Positions 25,164 through 34,114 of a DNA stretch of 64,000 nt are shown here, piece after piece. The stretch covers positions 838 through 64,837 of the forward strand of contig JASEFX010000009.1 of NCBI GenBank assembly GCA_030018265.1, written 5' to 3'. A model generated the notes under the pieces. The model worked only from the letters and a program-made list of their open reading frames with translations. It ran no database searches and was not told where the DNA came from. This DNA is from Candidatus Saccharicenans sp. GTDB lineage: Bacteria > Acidobacteriota > Aminicenantia > Aminicenantales > Saccharicenantaceae. A program made the translations under genes and the position numbers. Every line of letters starts with the position of its first letter. Within the stretch, counting starts at the first letter, position 1.

Positions 25164-26340
25164 TCAACAAAACCTCAATTTCCTTCATGATTTCCTGACT
25201 GATTTTCCTTTTGCTCATCCTGGGAATCTTCCGGCTGCGACCGTCCGGCCAGATCAGCAGGACTTCATTGTCATCGCTGGCAAAGCCTGTTTCCTGACCG
25301 GAGACATCGTTGGCCACCATCAAATCGACACCCTTGCGGGTCATTTTTTCCGCGGCTTTCTCCCTCAGCTCGCCGGTCTCAGCCGCAAATCCCACCAGCA
25401 GCTGACGTTCCTTTCGTCTTCCGAGCTCTTCGAGTATGTCGGGTGTGGGTTCAACTTCCAGCACGGGCCTGATATCCTGTTTTCTGAGTTTTTCCCGAAA
25501 GTTACCGCAAAAACGGAAATCAGCCACGGCGGCGGCCATCAACACCACATCCGCCCGGGGATAGTGCTTCAACACCGCCTGTTTCATCTCCTCGGCCGTG
25601 GTCACTTTTTCCAGATGAACTCCAGCAGGTGGTTCAAAATAGGTCGGACCGGAAACCAGAATAACCTCGGCGCCCAGCTGGAAAGCTTCTCTGGCCAGCT
25701 CATAGCCCATCTTACCGCTCGAAGGGTTCGAAAGAAACCGCACCGGGTCGAGGAATTCCCTGGTAGGACCTGCTGTTACCAGCACAACTTTGCCGCGAAA
25801 AGCTTCCCTGCTCCTTATCAGCCGGAGGCTGTGGTCGACAATCGTCCGGGGGGAAGCCAGACGCCCGGGACCCTGTTTGCCGCAGGCTAAGTAGCCGCTC
25901 TCAGGTTCAACAAAGTTCACTCCGAGAGCTTTCAGCTTTTTGATGTTTTCCTGGGTCTGAGGATGCAAATACATCGCCTCATTCATGGCTGGAGCCACCA
26001 GCACCGGGCATTTTACTGCCAGATAAAAGGTCGACAGAAAATCGTCTGCCACACCGCTGGCCATCTTCGCAATGATGTTGGCGGTGGCCGGAGCTATCAA
26101 CAGCAGGGATATCTCATCCACCAGGGAAATATGTTCGATCGGCCTCTGCCCGTCATCAAAAAGTTCCACTATCGTCCTTTCACCTGTTAGCGAAGTGAAC
26201 AGGTAAGGCTGGATGAAACGGGTGGCTTTTTCCGTCATAATGACCCGCACACCCAGACCTTCTGACTGAAAAAGTCGGATGATTTCACAGGCTTTGTAAA
26301 TGCTGATGGAAGAACAGACACCCAGAGCTATCTTTTTCAT
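25141..26340 (-). CDS. coaBC: bifunctional phosphopantothenoylcysteine decarboxylase / phosphopantothenate-cysteine ligase
   Basis: Flavoprotein N-domain (IALGVCSSISIYKACEIIR) and CoaB C-domain (LVTAGPTREFLDPVRFLSNPSSGKMG). Confidence 0.9.
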   Translation of the reverse strand: MKKIALGVCSSISIYKACEIIRLFQSEGLGVRVIMTEKATRFIQPYLFTSLTGERTIVELFDDGQRPIEHISLVDEISLLLIAPATANIIAKMASGVADDFLSTFYLAVKCPVLVAPAMNEAMYLHPQTQENIKKLKALGVNFVEPESGYLACGKQGPGRLASPRTIVDHSLRLIRSREAFRGKVVLVTAGPTREFLDPVRFLSNPSSGKMGYELAREAFQLGAEVILVSGPTYFEPPAGVHLEKVTTAEEMKQAVLKHYPRADVVLMAAAVADFRFCGNFREKLRKQDIRPVLEVEPTPDILEELGRRKERQLLVGFAAETGELREKAAEKMTRKGVDLMVANDVSGQETGFASDDNEVLLIWPDGRSRKIPRMSKRKISQEIMKEIEVLLNERRRQI

Positions 26341-26360
26341 TCTAACGCCTTTCAGCCGGA

Positions 26361-26966
26361 TTACGGCCAGGATTTAAAACTCCAGAGTATTTCTTTGAAC
26401 TCCTTCTGTCTCTGTTCAAAAAGGCAACGGTGAGCCAGGACGATGGCTTTCAACTCTTCCACCGCCTGTGTCAGCTCCCCGTTTATCACCAGGTAATCAA
26501 AATTGCTGGCTTCCTCAATTTCGCGGCGGGCGTTTTTCAACCTCAGGGCTATAGTTTCCGGAGAGTCTGTTTTTCTCTGTCTGAGTCTTTTCTCCAGCTC
26601 CGGATAAGATGGTGGCACGACAAAAACAAATCTGGCCTGCGGCAGTTTTTTCCTTAACTGTCTGGCGCCCTGAACATCGATATCCAGCACGAGGTCTCCC
26701 TGACGGCTTTTCTTAGAAATCTCATCGCGGGATGTCCCGTAAAGATGTCCGTGAACTTCAGCCCATTCGAGGAAGGACTGACTGTCGACCATCCTTTGAA
26801 ATTCTTCTCTGGTCACAAAATAATAATCGCGCCCCTCAACTTCGCCCGCCCGTTTCGGTCTGGTAGTGTGGGAAACAGAAAACTGAATGCCGGGCAGACG
26901 AGAAAACAGTTCTCTGATGAGAGTGGATTTCCCACAACCTGAAGGCCCGGAAATCACATATATCAT
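26361..26966 (-). CDS. gmk: guanylate kinase
   Basis: P-loop ISGPSGCGKSTL, plus TTRPKRAGEVEGRDYYFV. Confidence 0.9.
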   Translation of the reverse strand: MIYVISGPSGCGKSTLIRELFSRLPGIQFSVSHTTRPKRAGEVEGRDYYFVTREEFQRMVDSQSFLEWAEVHGHLYGTSRDEISKKSRQGDLVLDIDVQGARQLRKKLPQARFVFVVPPSYPELEKRLRQRKTDSPETIALRLKNARREIEEASNFDYLVINGELTQAVEELKAIVLAHRCLFEQRQKEFKEILWSFKSWP

Positions 26967-27022
26967 CCCGCCTGCCTCCCTTTCTCGTAAAATTTTATCA
27001 GATTTTATAAATTATGGCAGCT

Positions 27023-27898
27023 TCATTCGAGATTCTGAAGCTGCTGCCTGATGCTCTCTATTTCATTCTTTATTTTAAGGCAGTGGTTGATGATGCCAAG
27101 GTCCTGGGCCTTTGAGTTCAGGGTGTTAATTTCCCGGGAAAGCTCCTGTGCCAGAAAATCAAGGTTTTTCCCGACGGGTTCATTCACCTCTGGCCTTATC
27201 AGCTGAAAGAAGGTCTCAAGATGGCTTTTAAGCCGCGTTATTTCCTCCACCAGGTCAAATTTTTGCATCAGAAAAGCCACTTCTTCCGAAAGCCTTTCTT
27301 CAGACAGATTGGAATGGTTTAATTCTTTAAGCTTTCTGGTGAGCTTTTCTTTCAGCTGTTCCGGTTGCTCGCCAAAAATTCTTTCTATTTCCTGAAGGGA
27401 TTTTTTTATCCGGGAGAGATGCTGAGCAAGCTGTTTGACGATCACCCGCCCCTCTCTCTCCCTCTGTCTGACGATATCCTCGAGCGTTCTTTCAAAGGCC
27501 TGAAGGATAAAATGCTTTTCCTGTCGGCCCAGCTCCTTCTGATTGATGCTGATGAGCTGAGGTACCCGCAGCAACTGATCAAGGGCGAGCGAGAAAGGAA
27601 GGCCGGTGCTCCGGGAGAGCTTTTTCATTTCAGTAACAATCTTCTCCAGCAGGGGGCGGTTGACGGAAAAATTCCAGCTTTCGGGCGAGAGATAATCGAT
27701 TTCCAGCACCACCTCCACCCGCCCGCGGGAAATTTTCTTCTGACAGGCCAGCCTCAGGTCGTTTTCCAGCTGTCCCAGAGCCACTCCCTTATAAACCCAG
27801 TCAAAAAAACGATGGTTGAGCGTCTTGATGAAAATCTTAAGTTTGATGCCGGGACCGTTGAAACTTTTCTCGGCAAATCCAGTCATGCTCCGTATCAT
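27023..27898 (-). CDS. yicC: YicC-family protein
   Basis: N-terminus MIRSMTGFA and C-terminal DUF1732-like helices (EINTLNSKA). 291 aa, in the usual position upstream of gmk. Confidence 0.85.
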   Translation of the reverse strand: MIRSMTGFAEKSFNGPGIKLKIFIKTLNHRFFDWVYKGVALGQLENDLRLACQKKISRGRVEVVLEIDYLSPESWNFSVNRPLLEKIVTEMKKLSRSTGLPFSLALDQLLRVPQLISINQKELGRQEKHFILQAFERTLEDIVRQREREGRVIVKQLAQHLSRIKKSLQEIERIFGEQPEQLKEKLTRKLKELNHSNLSEERLSEEVAFLMQKFDLVEEITRLKSHLETFFQLIRPEVNEPVGKNLDFLAQELSREINTLNSKAQDLGIINHCLKIKNEIESIRQQLQNLE

Positions 27899-27921
27899 AA
27901 GAGATTCTCCTGCAGGTGATT

Positions 27922-28944
27922 TCAGTCGAGCTGGAACATTTTGCGGGCAATTCCCAGGGCGTTAAGCGAAGAACCGACGGTCAGGTTATCAGCCGCCACC
28001 CACACCCAGTAGCCGCCATTCAAAAAAGGATCTTTTCTAAGATGCCCTATGAATATTTTTTCCTTTCCGGCGACGCGAAGATTGGTCACCTGCTCGGAAC
28101 CGGCAGGTTGAACCTGAAAAATCGGTCGCTCTCTGAACATATTTTCCAACTGCGGCAATTTAACTTCATCCTCGAGTTCCAGAAAAACGGCCAGCGAATA
28201 AACATGGAAAACCGGTGCCTGGATCAGGTTAAGACTCAGCGGAACCTGCGGACCCAGCACCTTCCTGACTTCCTGAATAATCTGTTTTTCTCGGCTGGAA
28301 AAACCATCCGGGTCGGCTTTTTCCACCTCAGGCAGAAAATTAAAAGCCACCTGATCTCCAAAAACCTTCTGGCTGGAGCTTGAGCTTGACAGAAGAGCAA
28401 AACTCTGGTCAGCCAGCTCCTCAATGCCTTCGTTAGAATAGGCCGAGACCGGCTGGAGAACCACAGACAGGGCTTTTTTCAGGCTGAAGCTGGTGCTGAC
28501 CGCAGACAGAACATGGCTCAGAATTATGGAGACCGGATGAGGATTGGAAACCAGGCAGACCTCAGGATTTTCCAGCAGATGATCGTTAATCCCGGCCACC
28601 ACCACCGGCACATCTTCCTGATCGGCGAAGCTTTCCTCCAGGTCGATAGCCCGGTAGCCCTTTTCCCGGGCGAGCCAGCCAAACTTCCTGTTGGTCTCCC
28701 GATCAGCTGCCAGTAAGACCAGATCCAGACCCTCAAGCAACTCCGGGTAAGGATGATGAATAACTTTCGGCTCGTCTCCGAAATCGGTCAGCTTGCTGTA
28801 TTCTTCCTCCACTCCGGGATCGTAAAATTCCATGGTTTTAATCGGCAGTTTCCCCGTGCTCAGCAGCTCCTTAATCTCCCGGGCTCTGAGGGAATCAGTG
28901 CCGATTAAAGCCACCCGGAGCGGCGAACGGCCTTTTTTACTCAT
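27922..28944 (-). CDS. aspartate-semialdehyde-dehydrogenase-fold protein of the USG-1 type (catalytic residues absent)
   Basis: Asd-family collinearity: FGDQVAFNFLPEV, REKQIIQEVRKVLG, APVFHVYS, ADNLTVGSSLNALGIA. I chose the ATG at 28944 (MSKKGRSPLRVALIG); the track start at 28974 is a TTG. Confidence 0.75.
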   Translation of the reverse strand: MSKKGRSPLRVALIGTDSLRAREIKELLSTGKLPIKTMEFYDPGVEEEYSKLTDFGDEPKVIHHPYPELLEGLDLVLLAADRETNRKFGWLAREKGYRAIDLEESFADQEDVPVVVAGINDHLLENPEVCLVSNPHPVSIILSHVLSAVSTSFSLKKALSVVLQPVSAYSNEGIEELADQSFALLSSSSSSQKVFGDQVAFNFLPEVEKADPDGFSSREKQIIQEVRKVLGPQVPLSLNLIQAPVFHVYSLAVFLELEDEVKLPQLENMFRERPIFQVQPAGSEQVTNLRVAGKEKIFIGHLRKDPFLNGGYWVWVAADNLTVGSSLNALGIARKMFQLD

Positions 28945-29176
28945 CGGTTTCCGCCTTACTGCCAAACTCGACAATCATCCGGTACATTTCATCTTTCAGC
29001 TTGAGTTTTTTCTTTTTCAGCATTTTTTCCTGCAGCTTCTCTTCTTCACTCAGAAAAGATTTCGACCGCAGCTCATCTAACTTTCGTTCGCACTCCTGAT
29101 GTTCCTGATAAATCTTCCGGAAAAGCTCGTTGTTCTCAAGCAGAGTTTCTTTTATTTTTTCTTCTTTTTTGGTCAT
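28937..29176 (-). CDS. DUF465 (YdcH-like) coiled-coil protein
   Basis: The pattern L..N..F..I..EH...E..L..L......S.EE....E.LKKKKLKLKDEMY is typical of DUF465. I chose the ATG at 29176; the track start at 29221 is a TTG. Confidence 0.6.
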   Translation of the reverse strand: MTKKEEKIKETLLENNELFRKIYQEHQECERKLDELRSKSFLSEEEKLQEKMLKKKKLKLKDEMYRMIVEFGSKAETDE

Positions 29177-29413
29177 CTTCTTAAGAATAACACAGGGTTG
29201 TTTTCTTTTCAATTTGTTCAAAATGGCGACATTATTTCAACTATCACCACTTCAAACGAGGTAAAAAACTGCCCGCCTGTACTGCTGAAACGAAAGACCG
29301 GGGGAGATGCCGGATTCAACCACAGGCTCCAACCGAACTGTCTGCGATAAATGGCCTTAACGGTCGGCCGGTTCTTCGATAAATTTCTTGCGATAATTGA
29401 TTATTGGGGCAGT

Positions 29414-29442
29414 TGACTTTGATTGGCGAGATAAATATACTA
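29414..29442 (+). promoter_or_regulatory. promoter of tRNA-Phe (TTGACT-17 nt-TATACT)
   Basis: Hexamers at 29414-29419 and 29437-29442. The mature tRNA 5' end lies 28 nt downstream of the -10 hexamer. Confidence 0.55.
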
Positions 29443-29470
29443 TAAGACGATTTTGATTGACTGCCTGGAT

Positions 29471-29543
29471 GGCCAGGTAGCTCAGTCGGTAGAGCGAGGG
29501 ACTGAAAATCCCTGCGTCGGCGGTTCGATTCCGTCCCTGGCCA
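29471..29543 (+). tRNA. tRNA-Phe (anticodon GAA)
   Basis: Hand-folded cloverleaf: acceptor GGCCAGG/CCUGGCC, D arm GCUC-AGUCGGUA-GAGC, anticodon arm AGGGA-CUGAAAA-UCCCU, variable loop GCGUC, T arm GGCGG-UUCGAUU-CCGUC, discriminator A. CCA is not encoded. Confidence 0.95.
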
Positions 29544-29632
29544 TTCCCATTCCCTTTAGAAAGTAGCTTTTATCCCCGGACTGTTTAACTTTTGCGTATA
29601 TTCCTGGTCTGTCCTGGATTATGGACAGGCTT

Positions 29633-30931
29633 TCAGAAGCGGTGCGAAACAGAAACGCTGGGCACAACGAGGTGCATGCGGTATATTCCTGGCATGGCCT
29701 GCCCCACCGTGCCGTTCAGCACCAGCTCTTCAAAAGTGACATCCCTTTTTTTGCCGGTAAGAAATTCAATCCCCCAGCTTATCGACAGACCTTTCCAATC
29801 ATAGCCCCCGCCGAGGGTAAAGGAATTAAAATCAAAATTCGGAAGCAGCACGTTCATGGTGTAATCAGGCGCAGGCGCCGGGTCTGAATAATAACCGGCT
29901 CTCACCGAGAACTCCGGGGTTAAACGGTATTCGACTCCGAAACGAACCTGAAACCTGCTCTTCCAGTCGAGCCTTAAACGGTCGTGGCCGCTCATGGCCA
30001 TCATCTGAGCCCAGAAAGGATCAAGATAGGAGGTTTTCAATTCCTTGAGCGATGACCAACCCGTCCACTGAACGTCAGCCGTGAGGATCAGACCTTCAAC
30101 CGGTCTCAGGGCTGCTCCGGCGCCGATAAACCAGGGCCATCTAATGTTACGCCGGAGGTCAGATTTTCCCGGATATCCGGCGTAACCAAGGAATACCATT
30201 TCCGCGGATCCTTTAAATTTGACCGTGGAAGGTGTTTTTACCGTCAGACCGGCGCTCAGCCATTCAGCCGGTCTGGCCAGAGCTCCGAGTGTGAGTCCAG
30301 CTCCCCAGCCATGGAGCGTTTCGTCATACTGGCCGAGATCCATCGGTCCTTCCCCCATATCAGCCTCTCCCGCCCATCTTTTAAGACCGAACATTCCATA
30401 GTTGAGGTTAATCGTGGCTCCAACACTGAACCTGTCACTGACTCTCCAGGAAATCAGAGGTGAAATCGAAATCATCCCTATTTTGCTCGTCCAGTCATAA
30501 GCGACGCCGGCGGTCATCTGCTGAAAATCTTTGCCCTGCCAGTTTGCTCCAAGTCCAGCTGGAGTATAAACTCCTATGCCGGCGGTCAACCTGTCCGAAA
30601 CAGGTCGGTAGTAAGCCGCCAGAAAACCAAGATAGTGAGAGAGCTTTGTTTTAGCCTCTATGGAAATATCTGGCGGAATGGTTACCTGATATCTGGCAGT
30701 CGGGATGAGGTCAGTTAAATATGAGCCGAAAAGCGGCTGCCTCAGAAAGCCGGCGCCGGCCGGATTCCAGTATACCAGGCTGAAATCGTCCGCCAGACCG
30801 ATAAAAGCTCCGCCGAGCGAAACAGCCTTAGTGCCAAGTCCATTCAGGTTTAAGCCGTTCGCCAGGCACAGCCCTGGTATGAATAAAAACAGAAAAAGGC
30901 TGCAGAAAGTTTTTTTCGTTACTCTGCTCAT
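29633..30931 (-). CDS. outer-membrane transport beta-barrel (OMPP1/FadL/TodX family)
   Basis: Signal peptide. N-terminal GLGTKAVSLGGAFIGLADDFSLVYWNPAG. Alternating beta-strand pattern. C-terminal aromatic residue (..SVSHRF). Confidence 0.8.
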   Translation of the reverse strand: MSRVTKKTFCSLFLFLFIPGLCLANGLNLNGLGTKAVSLGGAFIGLADDFSLVYWNPAGAGFLRQPLFGSYLTDLIPTARYQVTIPPDISIEAKTKLSHYLGFLAAYYRPVSDRLTAGIGVYTPAGLGANWQGKDFQQMTAGVAYDWTSKIGMISISPLISWRVSDRFSVGATINLNYGMFGLKRWAGEADMGEGPMDLGQYDETLHGWGAGLTLGALARPAEWLSAGLTVKTPSTVKFKGSAEMVFLGYAGYPGKSDLRRNIRWPWFIGAGAALRPVEGLILTADVQWTGWSSLKELKTSYLDPFWAQMMAMSGHDRLRLDWKSRFQVRFGVEYRLTPEFSVRAGYYSDPAPAPDYTMNVLLPNFDFNSFTLGGGYDWKGLSISWGIEFLTGKKRDVTFEELVLNGTVGQAMPGIYRMHLVVPSVSVSHRF

Positions 30932-30949
30932 GCTGTAATCTCCTCGAGT

Positions 30950-33529
30950 TTATTTTTTTCTGAATATAATAATACCCTGGCTGTCCGCCTCCACTTCCAC
31001 CGTATCTCCCTCTTTAAACTCGCCGGCGAGAATTTTCATGGCCAGTGGGTTCTGAATTTCTTTCTGGATTGTTTTCTTTAACGGTCTGGCTCCATATACG
31101 GGATCATAGCCTCTTTCAGCCAGAACTTCTTTCGCTCGGGGCGCAAGCGCCAGATAGATCTTTCTGTCCTGAAGCCTCTTCTTTAACTGTTCTATCTGCA
31201 GGTCAACGATTCTGAAAATTATATCCCTGGTGAGAGGCTTAAAGATGACCACCTCATCTATCCGGTTAAGAAACTCCGGCTTGAAGTGGCTTTCGAGAAT
31301 TTTTCTCACTTCCTTTTCCATCGTTTCAAAATCGTGGCTGAGCTCCTTGATAACATGGCTCCCCAGGTTCGAAGTCATGATGATCAGGGTGTTGCGGAAA
31401 TCAACCGTGGTGCCCTTGCCGTCAGTCAACCGCCCATCATCCAGTATCTGAAGCAGAATGTTAAAAACGTCAGGATGAGCTTTCTCCACCTCATCAAGCA
31501 GGATAAGCGAGTAAGGACGCCTCTTCACCGCTTCAGTCAGCTGCCCTCCTTCTTCATAACCCACATAGCCCGGAGGTGCGCCTATCAAACGGGCAACTGA
31601 ATGCTTTTCCATGTATTCAGACATATCAATCCGCACCATGGCCTTTTCGTCGTTGAACAGAAACTCGGCCAGAGCCCGGGCAAGTTCGGTCTTGCCGACT
31701 CCGGTCGGCCCGAGAAATAAAAATGACCCTATTGGCCTTGTGGGCTCCTGCAATCCAGCCCTGGCGCGTCTGATCGTATCAGACACCGCCCGGATAGCAT
31801 GGTCCTGGCCGATAACCCTCTTTGACAGGATTTCCTCCATTTTAAGCAGCCGCTCGAGTTCTCCCTCAAGCATCTTCGAAACAGGTATGCCCGTCCAGCG
31901 GCTGACCACCTCGGCCACATCCTCCTCGTCCACTTCTTCCTTAAGCATCTTGTCCTTTTTCTGAATCTCGGCCAGCTCCGCCGAAAGCTTCTGGACCTGC
32001 CTGTCGATCTCCGGCAGCCGTCCGTAACGGATTTCAGCCACCTTTTCCAGGTCGCCCCGTCTCTCGGCGTTCTGCTCTTCGACCTTAAAAGCATCCCTCT
32101 GTTCTTTAAGCTGATTTATCCGGTCAATGAGATCCTTTTCTCTTTTCCACTGCGCTTTAAGCGATTGACTTTTATCCTTGAGCTCGGCCAGTTCTTTTTC
32201 CAGTTTGTTCAACCTTTCCGCCGAGGCCGGGTCTTTTTCTTTCTTCAGGGCCTGCCTTTCGATTTCTAACTGCCTGATTCTTCTTTCGAGTTCATCTATT
32301 TCTTCCGGGAGGCTGTCAAGCTGAACTCTTATCCGGGAAGCCGCCTCATCTATCAGGTCTATGGCTTTGTCCGGCAGGAAGCGATTGCTTATATAACGGT
32401 TAGAAAGAACCGCGGCCGCCACCAGAGCGGAATCCTTGATCTTAACTCCATGATGGACCTCATATTTTTCTTTGAGCCCCCGCAGTATAGAAATGGCCTC
32501 CTCCACCGAAGGTTCGCCGACAAAAACTGGCTGAAAACGTCTTTCGAGCGCCGGATCTTTCTCTATGTATTTCTTATATTCATTCAACGTGGTGGCGCCG
32601 ATGCATCTGAGCTCTCCCCTGGCCAGCGCCGGTTTCAGCATGTTGGAGGCATCAACCGCCCCTTCTGCCGCTCCGGCTCCTACGATGGTATGAAGCTCGT
32701 CGATGAAAAGAATAACATTCCCGGATTCTTTTATTTCCTTAAGGACAGCTTTCAACCGGTCTTCAAATTCCCCGCGGTATTTTGTGCCGGCGATCAGAGC
32801 CCCCATATCGAGAGCAAGCAGGCGCCTGTCCTTCAACGACTGGGGCACATCGCCGTTAGCGATGCGCTGAGCCAGTCCCTCCACGATGGCTGTCTTGCCG
32901 ACGCCGGCTTCTCCAATTAACACCGGATTATTTTTCGTTCTCCGTGAAAGCACCTGAATAACCCGCCTGATCTCTTCCTCGCGTCCGATGACCGGGTCAA
33001 GTTTCCCCTGGCGCGCTCTCTCCGTCAGGTCCACGGTGTATTTTTCCAGCGCCTGATACTTCGATTCAGGCTCAGGGTCAGTGATTCTCTGACTTCCGCG
33101 AATATCCACCAGCGCCTTGAGAACTGCTTCTTCCTGAATCCGATAACGCTGGAGCAGCCAGCCAACCTCAAGGTTTTTCAACCTCAGCATCGCCAGGAAA
33201 ACATGTTCCGTGGCCAGATATTCGTCTTTGAGGTTCCGGGCTTCCTTCTCCGCCTCGTTCATCACCTCCAAAAGATCCCTCGAAATATATATCTCGCCCG
33301 TCCCCTGAACTCTGGGGAATCTGCCAAGAATTCTTTCCAGCTCACGTTTCAGGTCGTCCGGATTGACTTCAAGCTTCTCGAGTATTCCAGGGATGACATT
33401 TCCGTCTTGATTCAGAAAGCTCCAGAGCAAATGCTCCGGACGCAGCTCCTGATGCCCGAATTCCAGAGCTTTCGACTGAGCCATCTGAAAAGCTTCCTGC
33501 AGCTTGACGGTCAACCTGTCCCATCTCAT
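30950..33529 (-). CDS. clpB: ATP-dependent chaperone/disaggregase ClpB
   Basis: Two AAA+ modules ([15 protein letters not shown]; [15 protein letters not shown]) separated by a long coiled-coil M-domain. 859 aa. Confidence 0.95.
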   Translation of the reverse strand: MRWDRLTVKLQEAFQMAQSKALEFGHQELRPEHLLWSFLNQDGNVIPGILEKLEVNPDDLKRELERILGRFPRVQGTGEIYISRDLLEVMNEAEKEARNLKDEYLATEHVFLAMLRLKNLEVGWLLQRYRIQEEAVLKALVDIRGSQRITDPEPESKYQALEKYTVDLTERARQGKLDPVIGREEEIRRVIQVLSRRTKNNPVLIGEAGVGKTAIVEGLAQRIANGDVPQSLKDRRLLALDMGALIAGTKYRGEFEDRLKAVLKEIKESGNVILFIDELHTIVGAGAAEGAVDASNMLKPALARGELRCIGATTLNEYKKYIEKDPALERRFQPVFVGEPSVEEAISILRGLKEKYEVHHGVKIKDSALVAAAVLSNRYISNRFLPDKAIDLIDEAASRIRVQLDSLPEEIDELERRIRQLEIERQALKKEKDPASAERLNKLEKELAELKDKSQSLKAQWKREKDLIDRINQLKEQRDAFKVEEQNAERRGDLEKVAEIRYGRLPEIDRQVQKLSAELAEIQKKDKMLKEEVDEEDVAEVVSRWTGIPVSKMLEGELERLLKMEEILSKRVIGQDHAIRAVSDTIRRARAGLQEPTRPIGSFLFLGPTGVGKTELARALAEFLFNDEKAMVRIDMSEYMEKHSVARLIGAPPGYVGYEEGGQLTEAVKRRPYSLILLDEVEKAHPDVFNILLQILDDGRLTDGKGTTVDFRNTLIIMTSNLGSHVIKELSHDFETMEKEVRKILESHFKPEFLNRIDEVVIFKPLTRDIIFRIVDLQIEQLKKRLQDRKIYLALAPRAKEVLAERGYDPVYGARPLKKTIQKEIQNPLAMKILAGEFKEGDTVEVEADSQGIIIFRKK

Positions 33530-33562
33530 AGGTTGCCTCCTTCCCTGAAAAATTATTTTTTA

Positions 33563-33568
33563 ATTATA
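33563..33568 (-). promoter_or_regulatory. perfect TATAAT -10 element upstream of clpB (-35 weak)
   Basis: Minus-strand TATAAT lies 34 nt upstream of the clpB ATG. The AGGAGG SD follows. I found no convincing -35 hexamer. Confidence 0.35.
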
Positions 33569-33790
33569 CACCTACTTTGACCTGATAAAAATATCAGTGA
33601 CTCAAACTCTGATCCCGGATAAAAGACCGGATCCGGTGTCAGCCAGAGAGTCAATTTCTCTGTGACCTTATTTCCTTACGAAATAGAAAATACCCCATTC
33701 AAAAGGTAAGGACCAATGATTAATTTTTGCTTAAAAATCTCTTGACAACTCAGAAAAAATGAATAATTTTTTTCTCACGAGGAGTGAGCA

Positions 33791-34114
33791 ATGCAAGAGA
33801 TTGAAATTTCGAGCTGGGCAACACTCGACGCCCTGAAAAAAGTGGCCGATGTTATCGAAACCGTGGGTGATCTCCACGATTCGCATCAAATGTCCGTGTT
33901 CTGCGTCATCGAAGATGACTACCTCGAGCTCTGTTATACCGATTCCGCCACCAATTATCTCCGCCGTTACGATGATGAAGAAGAATTTGAGGAAGCAATC
34001 GAAGAAAGGAAAGAAGAAATAGAGGAAGGTCTTTATGATGAAGATTTTAAAGATGAGGAAGAAGAGGAATCAGACGAAGACCTGGATTTTAAGGAAGACT
34101 CCGACGATTATTAA
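33791..34114 (+). CDS. small hyper-acidic protein of unknown function
   Basis: AGGAG SD 7 nt upstream of the ATG. 107 aa, of which 42 are D/E (30 of the last 47). TTGACA lies 44 nt upstream. Confidence 0.6.
   Translation: MQEIEISSWATLDALKKVADVIETVGDLHDSHQMSVFCVIEDDYLELCYTDSATNYLRRYDDEEEFEEAIEERKEEIEEGLYDEDFKDEEEEESDEDLDFKEDSDDY

Noticed and set aside
29609-29628. A hairpin CTGTCC-N8-GGACAG between tRNA-Phe and the convergent FadL-like gene, considered as a terminator.
   Set aside because: It is a 6-bp stem with no adequate T-tract in either orientation, so it is not supportable as an intrinsic terminator from sequence alone.
33569-33610. Possible CtsR box (GGTCAAA-gta-GGTGTAT) and HAIR half-site (TTGAGT) upstream of clpB.
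   Set aside because: Only the first CtsR heptad matches; the second matches at 4 of 7 positions. Only one HAIR half-site is present, with no matching partner at N7. Neither meets the known consensus.
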